A stretch of 64,000 nucleotides of DNA from an uncultured Methanosarcinales archaeon (lineage in GTDB: Archaea; Nanobdellota; Nanobdellia; Woesearchaeales; CAZYIM01). How positions within the stretch are numbered: the first letter of the stretch is position 1; every line of letters starts with the position of its first letter. Of this stretch, positions 39,864-49,103 are shown piece after piece. Made by a program: the position numbers and the translations under genes. The DNA lies in NCBI GenBank assembly GCA_964647565.1, contig CAZYIM010000001.1, positions 1 through 64,000 of the forward strand. The letters run 5' to 3'. The notes below the pieces were generated by a model. It did not search any database, was not told the DNA's origin, and saw only the letters and a list, made by a program, of their open reading frames with translations.

Positions 39864-39884
39864 ATATAACATGATATGTTATAT
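39864..39884. promoter_or_regulatory. Palindromic operator of the third TA module
   Basis: Perfect inverted repeat ATATAACAT-GAT-ATGTTATAT right after the TATA box. Confidence 0.6.
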
Positions 39885-39902
39885 GATTTATGAGGTTATA
39901 CA

Positions 39903-40199
39903 TTGCGGAAGGTCATATTGAACCAGGATTTCCTGATCGAAGAGAATCTAAGAATTGTGAAAAGATTGTGGAAGGTAGACAAAACTTCAGATTTTCCTCA
40001 GGGCCAGGAGTTTTCAATACAGCTATTGCAACAGTTAGCAGGCTACTGGATTCAAATAGCCAGAATAGACAATCAGAAACACAAGAGAAAACCTGGTGTG
40101 CACATTCATAAATTAAACGGTTTTGTGATTTGGGAAGACATGACATTTAAAGAAGCTGTGAAAAGAATTTCGAATATAGCCCAACACACCAGAAGGTAG
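39903..40199 (+). CDS. Putative toxin (DUF6516/TumE-like)
   Basis: DFPQG, ARIDN and HIH motifs; paired with a downstream HTH protein. Confidence 0.6.
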   Translation: MRKVILNQDFLIEENLRIVKRLWKVDKTSDFPQGQEFSIQLLQQLAGYWIQIARIDNQKHKRKPGVHIHKLNGFVIWEDMTFKEAVKRISNIAQHTRR

Positions 40200-40203
40200 A
40201 AAA

Positions 40204-40566
40204 ATGAGAATTGAGATCGTTAATGAAATTTTTAAGAGAATGAAGACAGATGATGGCTATGTTGAAGCTGCGATTAATGATAAAATAGAGATTGATCCAA
40301 AAAAGGCAGAGAAGACCTTGATCATGACCCCTGCGGTTTTTGCAAAAGTATTCTCACCTCAAAGAATGCACCTGATCCTTAAGGTAAGTAAGAACAACAT
40401 CCAGAACATCTATCAGATCGCAAAAGATCTAAATCGGAAATACGCAGCAGTGCACAGGGATATCTCATATCTGAAAAGCATAGGTATTCTCAAACTCAGG
40501 AAGAAGAACAAAAAGGTTATCCCTTACATTGCAGAAAATATCATGATGCCAAAGATACCCGCCTAA
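40204..40566 (+). CDS. Putative antitoxin / winged-HTH regulator
   Basis: VFSPQR...IYQIAKDLNRKYAAVHRDISYLKSIG...P. Confidence 0.7.
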   Translation: MRIEIVNEIFKRMKTDDGYVEAAINDKIEIDPKKAEKTLIMTPAVFAKVFSPQRMHLILKVSKNNIQNIYQIAKDLNRKYAAVHRDISYLKSIGILKLRKKNKKVIPYIAENIMMPKIPA

Positions 40567-40581
40567 GATATCCAAGATATT

Positions 40582-40610
40582 TCCGGTTTTTCTCCAGAGA
40601 GATTTATTAA
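40582..40610 (+). repeat. Dispersed 29-bp motif, copy 5 (overlaps the likely TATA box of the tctA-like gene)
   Basis: TCCGGTTTTTCTCCAGAGAGATTTATTAA; 25/29 identical to the copy at 39794. Confidence 0.75.
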
Positions 40611-40632
40611 GCAATCCTTCCAAAATCAATAG

Positions 40633-41835
40633 ATGTTTTGGCAGATTTTGCTCGCAATAACCCTTGGTGTGACTTCAGGGATTCTTACAGGCCTGATTCC
40701 AGGCATCCATGTAAACCTGGTCTCTTTGATAGCTTTATCTCTTTCACCATTGCTTCTGCAGTTTGTCTCTCCAGTCACTATTGCTGTCTTTATCATCTGC
40801 CTGGCAGTGACTCATTCGTTTCTTGATTCGATTCCTTCAATATATTTAGGTGCTCCAGATGAAGCCCAGGCATTGTCTGTGTTACCAGGTCATCGGATGC
40901 TATTAGAAGGCAGGGGCTATGACGCACTCAAACTCACTCTTGTTGGAAGTTTCTTTTCTTTATTGCTTTGTTTGGTACTTGTGCCCCTGTTTCTCCCGCT
41001 TGTTGAACTCGTCTATCCGATCATCAAGAATTTCATCGGCTATATATTGATAGCTGTCATGGCTTACCTGATCTTAAAGGACAACAAGAGAAAATATAAC
41101 TTCCTGGTTTTTGCATTGAGCGGCTGCCTCGGCTTTGTTGTTCTGAACATCCCTAATGTTGATAATGTTCTCTTCCCTCTGCTATCCGGCTTGTTTGGTT
41201 TTTCAGTCTTGATAACCAGCATCATGCAAAACTCCAGGATCCCAAAGCAAGAAATCTCCAAGAAAACAGATATTGAAAGAAAGACCATTGCCAAGGCAGT
41301 CGCAGGCGCAACCACTGTCGGCTTCATCGCTTCTTTCCTTCCTGGTTTTGGCTCCAGCCAGGCAGCTATCATAGCAACACAAGTTCTAAGAAACATCGGC
41401 AACAATGGCTTTTTAATTCTAGTCGGAGGCATTAATACTGTCAACTTCACCTTGAGCTTGATCACATTATATATAATAGACAAAGCAAGGAATGGAGCTG
41501 TTGTGGCTATTTCACAAATTGTTGATAAAACCACACTGACAGAACTAAGCATTTACTTTTCTGGCGCACTTATCGCAGGCAGTATTGCGGTCTTTTTAGC
41601 CCTATCCATTGCCAAGATATTCTCAAAAATGATCTCAAAGGTCAACTACAAAGTCCTTGTTCTCTCAATCATAGGATTCACAATAATATTGGTATTTTAT
41701 TTCAGCGGAGGGCTTGGCCTTGCCATTTTAATTACAGCCACAGCCCTTGGCTTCTTTGCAGGCTTGTTAGGCGTTGGCAAGAACCACTGTCTAGGTTGTC
41801 TGATTGTGCCCGTTATCTGTTATTTTGTATTATAG
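40633..41835 (+). CDS. TctA-family (tripartite tricarboxylate transporter-like) permease, archaeal type
   Basis: TGLIPGIHVN, HSFLDSIPSIYLGAP and SVLPGHRML..GRG. Confidence 0.9.
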   Translation: MFWQILLAITLGVTSGILTGLIPGIHVNLVSLIALSLSPLLLQFVSPVTIAVFIICLAVTHSFLDSIPSIYLGAPDEAQALSVLPGHRMLLEGRGYDALKLTLVGSFFSLLLCLVLVPLFLPLVELVYPIIKNFIGYILIAVMAYLILKDNKRKYNFLVFALSGCLGFVVLNIPNVDNVLFPLLSGLFGFSVLITSIMQNSRIPKQEISKKTDIERKTIAKAVAGATTVGFIASFLPGFGSSQAAIIATQVLRNIGNNGFLILVGGINTVNFTLSLITLYIIDKARNGAVVAISQIVDKTTLTELSIYFSGALIAGSIAVFLALSIAKIFSKMISKVNYKVLVLSIIGFTIILVFYFSGGLGLAILITATALGFFAGLLGVGKNHCLGCLIVPVICYFVL

Positions 41836-41850
41836 AAAGCTTTAAATATG

Positions 41851-41906
41851 TGTGGTGACTAACTTAAGAAAAATAGAGAAAATTTTTTATTTGTGGTGAC
41901 TAACTT
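41851..41906 (+). repeat. 15-bp perfect direct repeat at the Fic promoter and start codon
   Basis: TGTGGTGACTAACTT at 41851-41865 and 41892-41906. Confidence 0.75.
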
Positions 41907-42783
41907 GGTCTTTGTAAGAAAGAAAAATATCAAGGGAAGGGAGTATTATTATCTTGTTAAATCTACAAGGCAGGGTAAAAAATGGAAGAAGATAGAGAGA
42001 TATGTGGGTATTAATCCTCCTTCTGAAAAAGACATAAACTGTTTCAATCAAGAAATTGATAGTGTTAAGAAATTCCTTGACTCAAAAAAAGAGACTTTGC
42101 TAAATATCGAGAGAAAATATCAGGCATGGTTAAAATCTGCAAAAACAGATCAGCTGCATAATTATGAAGATGAGATAATCATAAGGTTCACGTATGATAC
42201 CAGCCGGATTGAGGGATTAAGCTTGACTTACAAGGATACCCGTCTCCTGCTCCAACAAGGCATAACCCCTTCCCAAAAGCCAATAAGAGACATAAAAGAG
42301 ACTGAAAACCACAAGAAAGCATTCTTGTTCATAAAAGAATGCCTAGGAAAAACAATCACTAAAGATTTCATATTTGAACTGCACAGGCTGCTAAAAGAGG
42401 GAGTGTCAGAAGATGCAGGGAGTTTCAGGAACGCTAATGTAATTGTGGGCGATTTGATTCCAATAAAACCTTCTTTAATAGAGCAAGAGATCAACAATCT
42501 TCTTGTCTGGCTGCAAAAGAACAAGAACTTGCATCCCCTAGAAAAGGCAGCTATATTTCACAGCATCTTTGAGAGGATACATCCTTTTTTTGATGGCAAC
42601 GGAAGAGTGGGTCGATTGCTGTTGAACTTCATCATGCTAAAGAACAACTTTCCGATAATCATTGTTCAGAACAAAAACAAGAGAAGATACTACACTGCAT
42701 TAAGAAGGGCTGATCAAGGCAACTATCTTTTCATGGTTAAGTATCTTTTTTCTGAATTAATAAGGCAGCCTTATTTAAATTAG
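41893..42783 (+). CDS. Fic family protein with an N-terminal basic beta-domain
   Basis: HPFFDGNGRVGR, TSRIEG inhibitory motif and N-terminal KKNIKGREYYYLVKS. Confidence 0.9.
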   Translation: MVTNLVFVRKKNIKGREYYYLVKSTRQGKKWKKIERYVGINPPSEKDINCFNQEIDSVKKFLDSKKETLLNIERKYQAWLKSAKTDQLHNYEDEIIIRFTYDTSRIEGLSLTYKDTRLLLQQGITPSQKPIRDIKETENHKKAFLFIKECLGKTITKDFIFELHRLLKEGVSEDAGSFRNANVIVGDLIPIKPSLIEQEINNLLVWLQKNKNLHPLEKAAIFHSIFERIHPFFDGNGRVGRLLLNFIMLKNNFPIIIVQNKNKRRYYTALRRADQGNYLFMVKYLFSELIRQPYLN

Positions 42784-42868
42784 AATCAAACCACCTAAAA
42801 AAATAAGCGGAATTTTAATGTTTTTAAAACACAAAATATTATAAGCACTTTCCAAACTCTAAAAGTTC

Positions 42869-44953
42869 ATGAGCAGCGAACTAGACTACATCGGAATATT
42901 AAAAGCATTAAGAGACATACCTTTTGGTGTTGGAAAAAAACTGTTAATAGAATATCTTCAAGGAAAAGACAGCCATGAATCCATAGTTAGAAACAAGCTG
43001 GACAAACTAGACTCTTTTGGCAGCCTGGCATATGATACTGATGAACTTGAAAAGTTGATAAATAATCTGATCTTAAATAGTCTGATTAAGCAAGTGTCAA
43101 TCAGGGGCAATCGTTTCTGGAAAGTGATGGAACTCAGCCGAGAAGGGAGCAAGGAAATAGATAATCCTCAACTATATAAAAAAAAGATATCCTATAACAT
43201 AAAAACAAAGACAACAAAAATCACTGATCAGGATAAAAAGCGGTTCACAGCATTTGGCGTATTCCTTGATAAGTACAACGACGAACAAAAGAAAGCTATA
43301 ATCTGCAACAACAATCACATCCTATGCATTGCAGGCGCAGGATCCGGCAAGACAACAGTTTTGGCAAAGAAAGTTGAGTTCCTGATAAACTATCAATCAA
43401 TCGATCCAAAAAAGATACTAGCGATCACTTTCACAAGAAAAGCCAAACAGGAAATGCAGCGGCGTCTAGAAAACTTTAGTGACGTATCGATTGAGACTTT
43501 CAATTCATTCTGTGAAAAAGTCTTAAAGACGTACAATGATATGGTATATGATCGCGAGGTTCGCATGATAAGTTATCGGGATAAGATACAGATGACCCGC
43601 AAGGCTTTAACCAAGCTTGGCACAAGCATGAGTTCTGCAATCAACCAGTATTTTTCAGTCGGCCAAAGAAGAGGCAAGACTCAGGAACAGTTGGCGAACA
43701 TTTTCATGAATGACTGCTTTTTTATACGTGATTATCTAAAATCAAAAGGGAAAAACTCAGCAGAATTTGATACGAGCGATCCTGCAGCACAACTGGTTTT
43801 TGGCGTAGGCAACTATATAGATGCACACATGAAAAGAAACGGCCAGAGGGATTTCACTGACCAACTCATCGATACAATCAGGTTATTTAAAGAAAAGAAG
43901 GAATTAATATCAGATTATGATTATGTATTAATCGACGAATACCAGGATATCAACCCTTCACAGATAAGCCTAATCGAATTAATAAATCCTGCAGCGTTAT
44001 TCTGCGTCGGCGATCCGAGACAGTCCATTTTTGGGTGGCGGGGATCAAGCATAAAATATATCCTTGATTTTGAGACCAAGTATCCAGGATCAGAGACAAT
44101 AACATTAACCAAGAACTATCGTTCAAACAAGCACATAGTTGAGATGATAAATAAATCAATTACCGAGATGGGCCTCGCAGATCTTGAATCGACCATAGAT
44201 ACAGAAAAAGACATGCACCTTATGACTTTTGATTCAGAAGCTGGCGAATTTGAATTTGTTACCCAGAAGATCATAGCTTCAACATTACCAAGAGAAGAAA
44301 TATTTGTTCTTGCAAGAACCAACAGGCAGCTGGCAGAATTATCAGCCAAACTAAAGACTGTTGGCATAAAACATGTCCTAAAGAGTGATGAGATAAACAG
44401 GAGCATCGAGGCCAAAACAGGAGAAGTGACATTAGCTACGATCCATGCCATAAAAGGCCTTGAAGCAGAGATGGTCTTTGTAATCGGCTGCACATCTCTA
44501 AATTTTCCCTGCAGAGGAAGTGAGCATCCAGTGATTGACATGGTAAAAGTGGATGAATATGATAAAGAGGAGGAAGAAAAAAGACTTTTTTATGTCGCTA
44601 TGAGTCGGGCGAAAAATCATCTATTCCTGACGTATTCAGGAAAAAAGCACACTCATTTTATCACCAAAGACATGCTTGAGTTGATAAGAAAATCCAAGAT
44701 TGATATTGAGCCTATGCAAAGTTCAAAAACAGCAGCCAGGGGAGATCTTAACGACAGGTTAAGGGCCTGGCGAAAGCGTGTTAGCTCAGACATGAATGTT
44801 GCAGCATTCATGATACTGCATGACAGGACACTAATAGATCTTGCACAAAACCCGCCCACAACTAAACAAGAGCTGGAGAATATCCATGGAATGGGTCCTG
44901 CCAAGATTCTGAAGTACGGCGATGAACTGATTGATGTGATAAATAATAAGTGA
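42869..44953 (+). CDS. UvrD/Rep-like SF1 helicase with an N-terminal RQC-like winged helix and a C-terminal HRDC domain
   Basis: AGAGSGKT, DEYQD, GDPRQSI, NYRS, TIHAIKGLE and RLFYVAMSRAK; HRDC LRAWRKR...AFMILHD...KYG. Confidence 0.9.
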   Translation: MSSELDYIGILKALRDIPFGVGKKLLIEYLQGKDSHESIVRNKLDKLDSFGSLAYDTDELEKLINNLILNSLIKQVSIRGNRFWKVMELSREGSKEIDNPQLYKKKISYNIKTKTTKITDQDKKRFTAFGVFLDKYNDEQKKAIICNNNHILCIAGAGSGKTTVLAKKVEFLINYQSIDPKKILAITFTRKAKQEMQRRLENFSDVSIETFNSFCEKVLKTYNDMVYDREVRMISYRDKIQMTRKALTKLGTSMSSAINQYFSVGQRRGKTQEQLANIFMNDCFFIRDYLKSKGKNSAEFDTSDPAAQLVFGVGNYIDAHMKRNGQRDFTDQLIDTIRLFKEKKELISDYDYVLIDEYQDINPSQISLIELINPAALFCVGDPRQSIFGWRGSSIKYILDFETKYPGSETITLTKNYRSNKHIVEMINKSITEMGLADLESTIDTEKDMHLMTFDSEAGEFEFVTQKIIASTLPREEIFVLARTNRQLAELSAKLKTVGIKHVLKSDEINRSIEAKTGEVTLATIHAIKGLEAEMVFVIGCTSLNFPCRGSEHPVIDMVKVDEYDKEEEEKRLFYVAMSRAKNHLFLTYSGKKHTHFITKDMLELIRKSKIDIEPMQSSKTAARGDLNDRLRAWRKRVSSDMNVAAFMILHDRTLIDLAQNPPTTKQELENIHGMGPAKILKYGDELIDVINNK

Positions 44954-44985
44954 ATCTACACAAGAGATGATCATTTAATTAATCC

Positions 44986-45681
44986 CTAACTCTGCTTAAG
45001 AATATTGAATATACCCGGATTTTCTATTGCTGCTCTGCCTATCATTGCACCTCGCACCCCAATAGATTTCAGATATTGTATCTGCTCATTGTTATTGATA
45101 TCGCCGTTTGCAATGATGATCTTACCAGTCTTGACAATCTCGTTGTAGACACTAAAGTCTGCAGGATCATCGTAGCTCTCTTTACCATGTCTTGCATGGA
45201 TTACAAAGAACTCCGCATCCACTTCATTTATCAGGTTAAGATAGGTTTTCTTTTCTTTTTCAAACTGGTTCATGCCCAGTCTTAACTTTATAGATACAGG
45301 ATAGTCATGATCTTGAATTGTCTGGACCATTTCCTGGACTCTGCGTATTCTTTTGATCAAAGCGCAGCCCAGGCCTCTTTGGACCATGTTCATGCTTGGG
45401 CAGCCTAAGTTCAGATTAAATCCTAAGAATCCTTCCTGCGATCTAAAATTCTGCAGAAACTTATCAAGGTCTTTGACACTGGATCCTATCAGCTGGATGT
45501 AAGTCGGAATCGGTTTAGGAATCTTTATCTTCTCTATTGTGCTTTTATTATTTCTGGCTAGTGCAGATATCCTTGCCATTTCAGTGAATGTTGAATCAGC
45601 CCCGTTTTGGTAGCACAGCTCCCTGAATTCTGGACCTGTATGGTCTTCCATCGGTGCTACCATCAGTTCGAAGTCTTTCAT
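44986..45681 (-). CDS. dus: tRNA-dihydrouridine synthase family protein
   Basis: APME, NLNLGCP, IHAR, ANGDI and MIGRAA. Confidence 0.9.
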   Translation of the reverse strand: MKDFELMVAPMEDHTGPEFRELCYQNGADSTFTEMARISALARNNKSTIEKIKIPKPIPTYIQLIGSSVKDLDKFLQNFRSQEGFLGFNLNLGCPSMNMVQRGLGCALIKRIRRVQEMVQTIQDHDYPVSIKLRLGMNQFEKEKKTYLNLINEVDAEFFVIHARHGKESYDDPADFSVYNEIVKTGKIIIANGDINNNEQIQYLKSIGVRGAMIGRAAIENPGIFNILKQS

Positions 45682-45725
45682 CAGAAATGTTAGTGAGAAG
45701 TGATTTAAAAAATATATGAATTCAT

Positions 45726-48437
45726 CTATTCAAGCCTGCCCAGAACATCGCCGAGCTTGTCGAAGTTCTCACCAAAGGCAGTCCAGTTATTGCCCATCGA
45801 TTCAATGATCATGTCATAGTATTCCTGGGCCTGAGCAATCAACTCTTGGTTGGTCTGCGATTCTGTTCCAGCCTCGACTGGCTTTGGGGTGGGCTTCTTT
45901 TTTCCAAACAGAACCTCAAGAGCAATGTCAAGATTCTCTTCCATCACAACCCTCTCGCCGTCAGAGACAAGCACTCTCTTCAGTTCAGGAAGCTGTCCGG
46001 TCTCTGCCTGGATATACAGGGGTTCTATATATAGGAGACTGTTTTTTATGGGTATGACCAAGAGGTTCCCTCTTGTGATCCTTGAACCTTGCTGCGACCA
46101 AAGTGTCAACTGCTGTGAAATTTCAGAATCCTGGTCAAACTTGGCCTCTATTTGCAGAGGACCGTAAACAAGCTTATCTTTTGGAAATTTATAGAGCAGG
46201 AGCTTGCCATAGTTCTCATTATCTGATCTTGCAGCCATCCAGGCTATCATGTTATCTTTCCTGATAGGCGTAAATGAGCTCATCAGCACAAACTCCTCTT
46301 CATTTTCCCCAGGCAGCTTGATTATTATATAATAGGGATCAACCTTCACCTTCTGTCCAGTCCCGTATGTCTCAAATGGGATCTGCCAGGCATCCTCTTT
46401 ATTGTAGAACACAGTAACATCATTCATGTGATATGTGCTGTAGATATCTGCCTGCACCTTAAAGAGATCTTCAGGATATCTTATATGCTGTTTCAAGCCC
46501 TCAGGCATCATATCAAATGACTTGAACTGTTTGGGAAATATCCGGGAATACGTCACAAGCAGAGGATCATCGATATCAACAACATAATATGTGACATCAC
46601 CATCATAAGCATCTACAACTATTTTTAAAGAGTTTCTCATATAGTTGATCCGTCCGAATTTCTGTGAATAAGGAAAATTGCCTGTTACAGTATAGGCATC
46701 CTGGATCCAGAATAGTTTTCCATTGTCTATCACCAGGTAAGGATCATGATCTAAAATCAAGAAAGGTGTTATCTTGGATATTCTTTCCTGAATCTGCCTG
46801 TCAAAGAGTATTCTGCTCTCAGCATTCACATCTGATGAAAGCAGTATCTTTATGTCACTAAACCTTATTGCCATAAACAACTTCTTAAAGAATGAGTTGA
46901 GCAAAATGCCACCTGCCCCGTCATATTGGATATATTCGTTAGAGTTTCCTTTTGGATAGTCAAATTCTTCTGTGCCTGTATTTGCCAATATGAACTCATT
47001 GTCATTCTCCCCATAATAAATCTGCGGCTTATCAATCCTTATTGTCTCTTCATCCACATTATATATAGGAGGTATATCCTTTATCAGGTAATTAGGCAAG
47101 CCCTGTTTGGTCACTGAATTCACCGGACTCATCACAACGCCATAGCCATGAGTGTAGATCATATGCAGGTTTACCCAGGTCTTGGCATTCTCAGCTATCT
47201 GCTTTTGGTTCATCTCTCTTGGTGCAAGCATGACCTCTGTGTACTTGCCATCGATTTCATACCTGTCAATGTCTATTCCTGACAAGTCATAGTACAATCT
47301 TATCTCCTGGGTTTGCTTATAGGTCTGCATTAGAGGTCTCCAGTCCAGTATCCTCACATTCTCCATTGTTTCAGAAGCGTTCTCAATGGCTGATAGCGTT
47401 ACCATCTCCACTGAAAAGTCTTTTTCCTCAACATCAGAAAGGCCATAGGCTATCCTGGTAAATTTGATGTTGTTCTCAATGTAAGGCTTCTCAAGGTTTA
47501 TCTCGTTGGGCGAGACAACAAGATTCTGGATAATTCCAGTAAGAATGCCGGGCACTATCAGAAATGCAATAAAATATATTACAACAGCAATCGCCAGGAT
47601 ATGTCTTTTCCTAAGTTTTTGCCGTTTTGAAATTATAAAGATCCAGATATAGAATAATGCTGCCATAAATATGGCCAGGACCATCAATACTTTAACAAGA
47701 GGTAAAAATGCCATTACGTCTGTATAGCCTGCACCTACAACAATGCCTTTTTCAGAGTACATTATCGAGAACCTCTCAAGATAATGCTTAATCGCGAGCA
47801 GGATAAAGAAGAATGATGCCAATACAGAAAGATGTACAAGCGCTTTTTGCTTTAATTGTTGAAAAACTGTCTTGAAGCTCTTGCCCGCAGACATATCTGG
47901 TGTGAACATCTGTACTTTTGGCTGCTTGATGGAATCTACAATGAAAGACTGCAGGTAATCGATAAGCACAACTATTATTGTCAAGACAACGCAGGCCAGT
48001 GCAAAGTCCCAGACTGCAAGCATGAATGGAAGAGAGAAAATATAGAAAGACACCTCTTTTAGGAATATAGGATCTGTAAGATTAAAAGGAACCTGGTGAA
48101 AGTATTGCAGCACTGTAAACCATTTCTGGCTACTGCTCATTCCAACAAATAATGCCAAAACCAAGCTGACCAAGAGTTTTATCTTAAATGCGATGATAGA
48201 TTTATTTAATCTGGTTGATATTGCAAGGTTGACAAGCATAAATACTAGGAATATGATAACTGATATGAAAAATAGCAAAATCTTGGTCTCTAAGGTAATC
48301 ATAAATATCTTCTTAAAACCCAAGGCATCAAACCAGAAGTAATCAGTCACAAAAGTAGCTATCCTTGAGATTGACATGAAGAAAAGAATTATCAAGGCAA
48401 TTATTATTGCATATATACCGTTCTTAGATTTAGGCAT
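45726..48437 (-). CDS. UPF0182 family membrane protein
   Basis: DPIF..EVSFYIFSLP, RILDWRP, YTHGYG, FYNKEDAW and RGNLLVIP; start placed at ATG 48437. Confidence 0.9.
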   Translation of the reverse strand: MPKSKNGIYAIIIALIILFFMSISRIATFVTDYFWFDALGFKKIFMITLETKILLFFISVIIFLVFMLVNLAISTRLNKSIIAFKIKLLVSLVLALFVGMSSSQKWFTVLQYFHQVPFNLTDPIFLKEVSFYIFSLPFMLAVWDFALACVVLTIIVVLIDYLQSFIVDSIKQPKVQMFTPDMSAGKSFKTVFQQLKQKALVHLSVLASFFFILLAIKHYLERFSIMYSEKGIVVGAGYTDVMAFLPLVKVLMVLAIFMAALFYIWIFIISKRQKLRKRHILAIAVVIYFIAFLIVPGILTGIIQNLVVSPNEINLEKPYIENNIKFTRIAYGLSDVEEKDFSVEMVTLSAIENASETMENVRILDWRPLMQTYKQTQEIRLYYDLSGIDIDRYEIDGKYTEVMLAPREMNQKQIAENAKTWVNLHMIYTHGYGVVMSPVNSVTKQGLPNYLIKDIPPIYNVDEETIRIDKPQIYYGENDNEFILANTGTEEFDYPKGNSNEYIQYDGAGGILLNSFFKKLFMAIRFSDIKILLSSDVNAESRILFDRQIQERISKITPFLILDHDPYLVIDNGKLFWIQDAYTVTGNFPYSQKFGRINYMRNSLKIVVDAYDGDVTYYVVDIDDPLLVTYSRIFPKQFKSFDMMPEGLKQHIRYPEDLFKVQADIYSTYHMNDVTVFYNKEDAWQIPFETYGTGQKVKVDPYYIIIKLPGENEEEFVLMSSFTPIRKDNMIAWMAARSDNENYGKLLLYKFPKDKLVYGPLQIEAKFDQDSEISQQLTLWSQQGSRITRGNLLVIPIKNSLLYIEPLYIQAETGQLPELKRVLVSDGERVVMEENLDIALEVLFGKKKPTPKPVEAGTESQTNQELIAQAQEYYDMIIESMGNNWTAFGENFDKLGDVLGRLE

Positions 48438-48551
48438 ACAGAAGCTAATACAATATGCTATAAAAATGTTGTGAAAACTCGCATATCTTGTCTGCCATTT
48501 ATTCCTTAAATCAAAAACTATATAAAACAGCATTTTAAAAAATATAATAAT

Positions 48552-49034
48552 ATGCATGGATTAGCTCATTTATTGTTTGCAGTCAACATCTGCCTTTTGA
48601 TCTCGTTGTTCTATCCTTTGCAATTGCATAACATCCTGCTCGCTTCAGTCATATTTTCACTTTGCATTGACATGGATCATTGGTTCTCTGAAAAGAGACA
48701 AAGATCTAACGATCATCTCAAGACCTGGATTCAGGAGCCATTCGGCTTAGTTTTTGTTGCTCTGCCGATTGCACTTATACTTTGGTACTTTCTGAGTGTT
48801 GAATGGTTCATACTTACGCTAGTCACTTATGGATCGCACATATTGCTGGATTATCTCTCAAAAAATGAGAGCTCTCCGCTTGCACCGTTTAATAAGAAGG
48901 CTTTCAAAAGAGCTGATAGCTGCTTCTTCATACCAATAGGCGATGAGCATAAGTTCAAGAAAGGCATCCATGAGAATGTCCTCAATGGATTTCTTATTTT
49001 GATATTCATCTTTCTTATTCTTATCAAGTTCTGA
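48552..49034 (+). CDS. Membrane-bound metal-dependent hydrolase (YdjM-like)
   Basis: AH, DMDH and SHILLD motifs with TM segments. Confidence 0.7.
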   Translation: MHGLAHLLFAVNICLLISLFYPLQLHNILLASVIFSLCIDMDHWFSEKRQRSNDHLKTWIQEPFGLVFVALPIALILWYFLSVEWFILTLVTYGSHILLDYLSKNESSPLAPFNKKAFKRADSCFFIPIGDEHKFKKGIHENVLNGFLILIFIFLILIKF

Positions 49035-49103
49035 ATTGTTTGACAATTGTCCAGTAGTGACTTTCAGAAAAATTTATTAAGGTTTTAAATTTCCTGATTT
49101 TTA

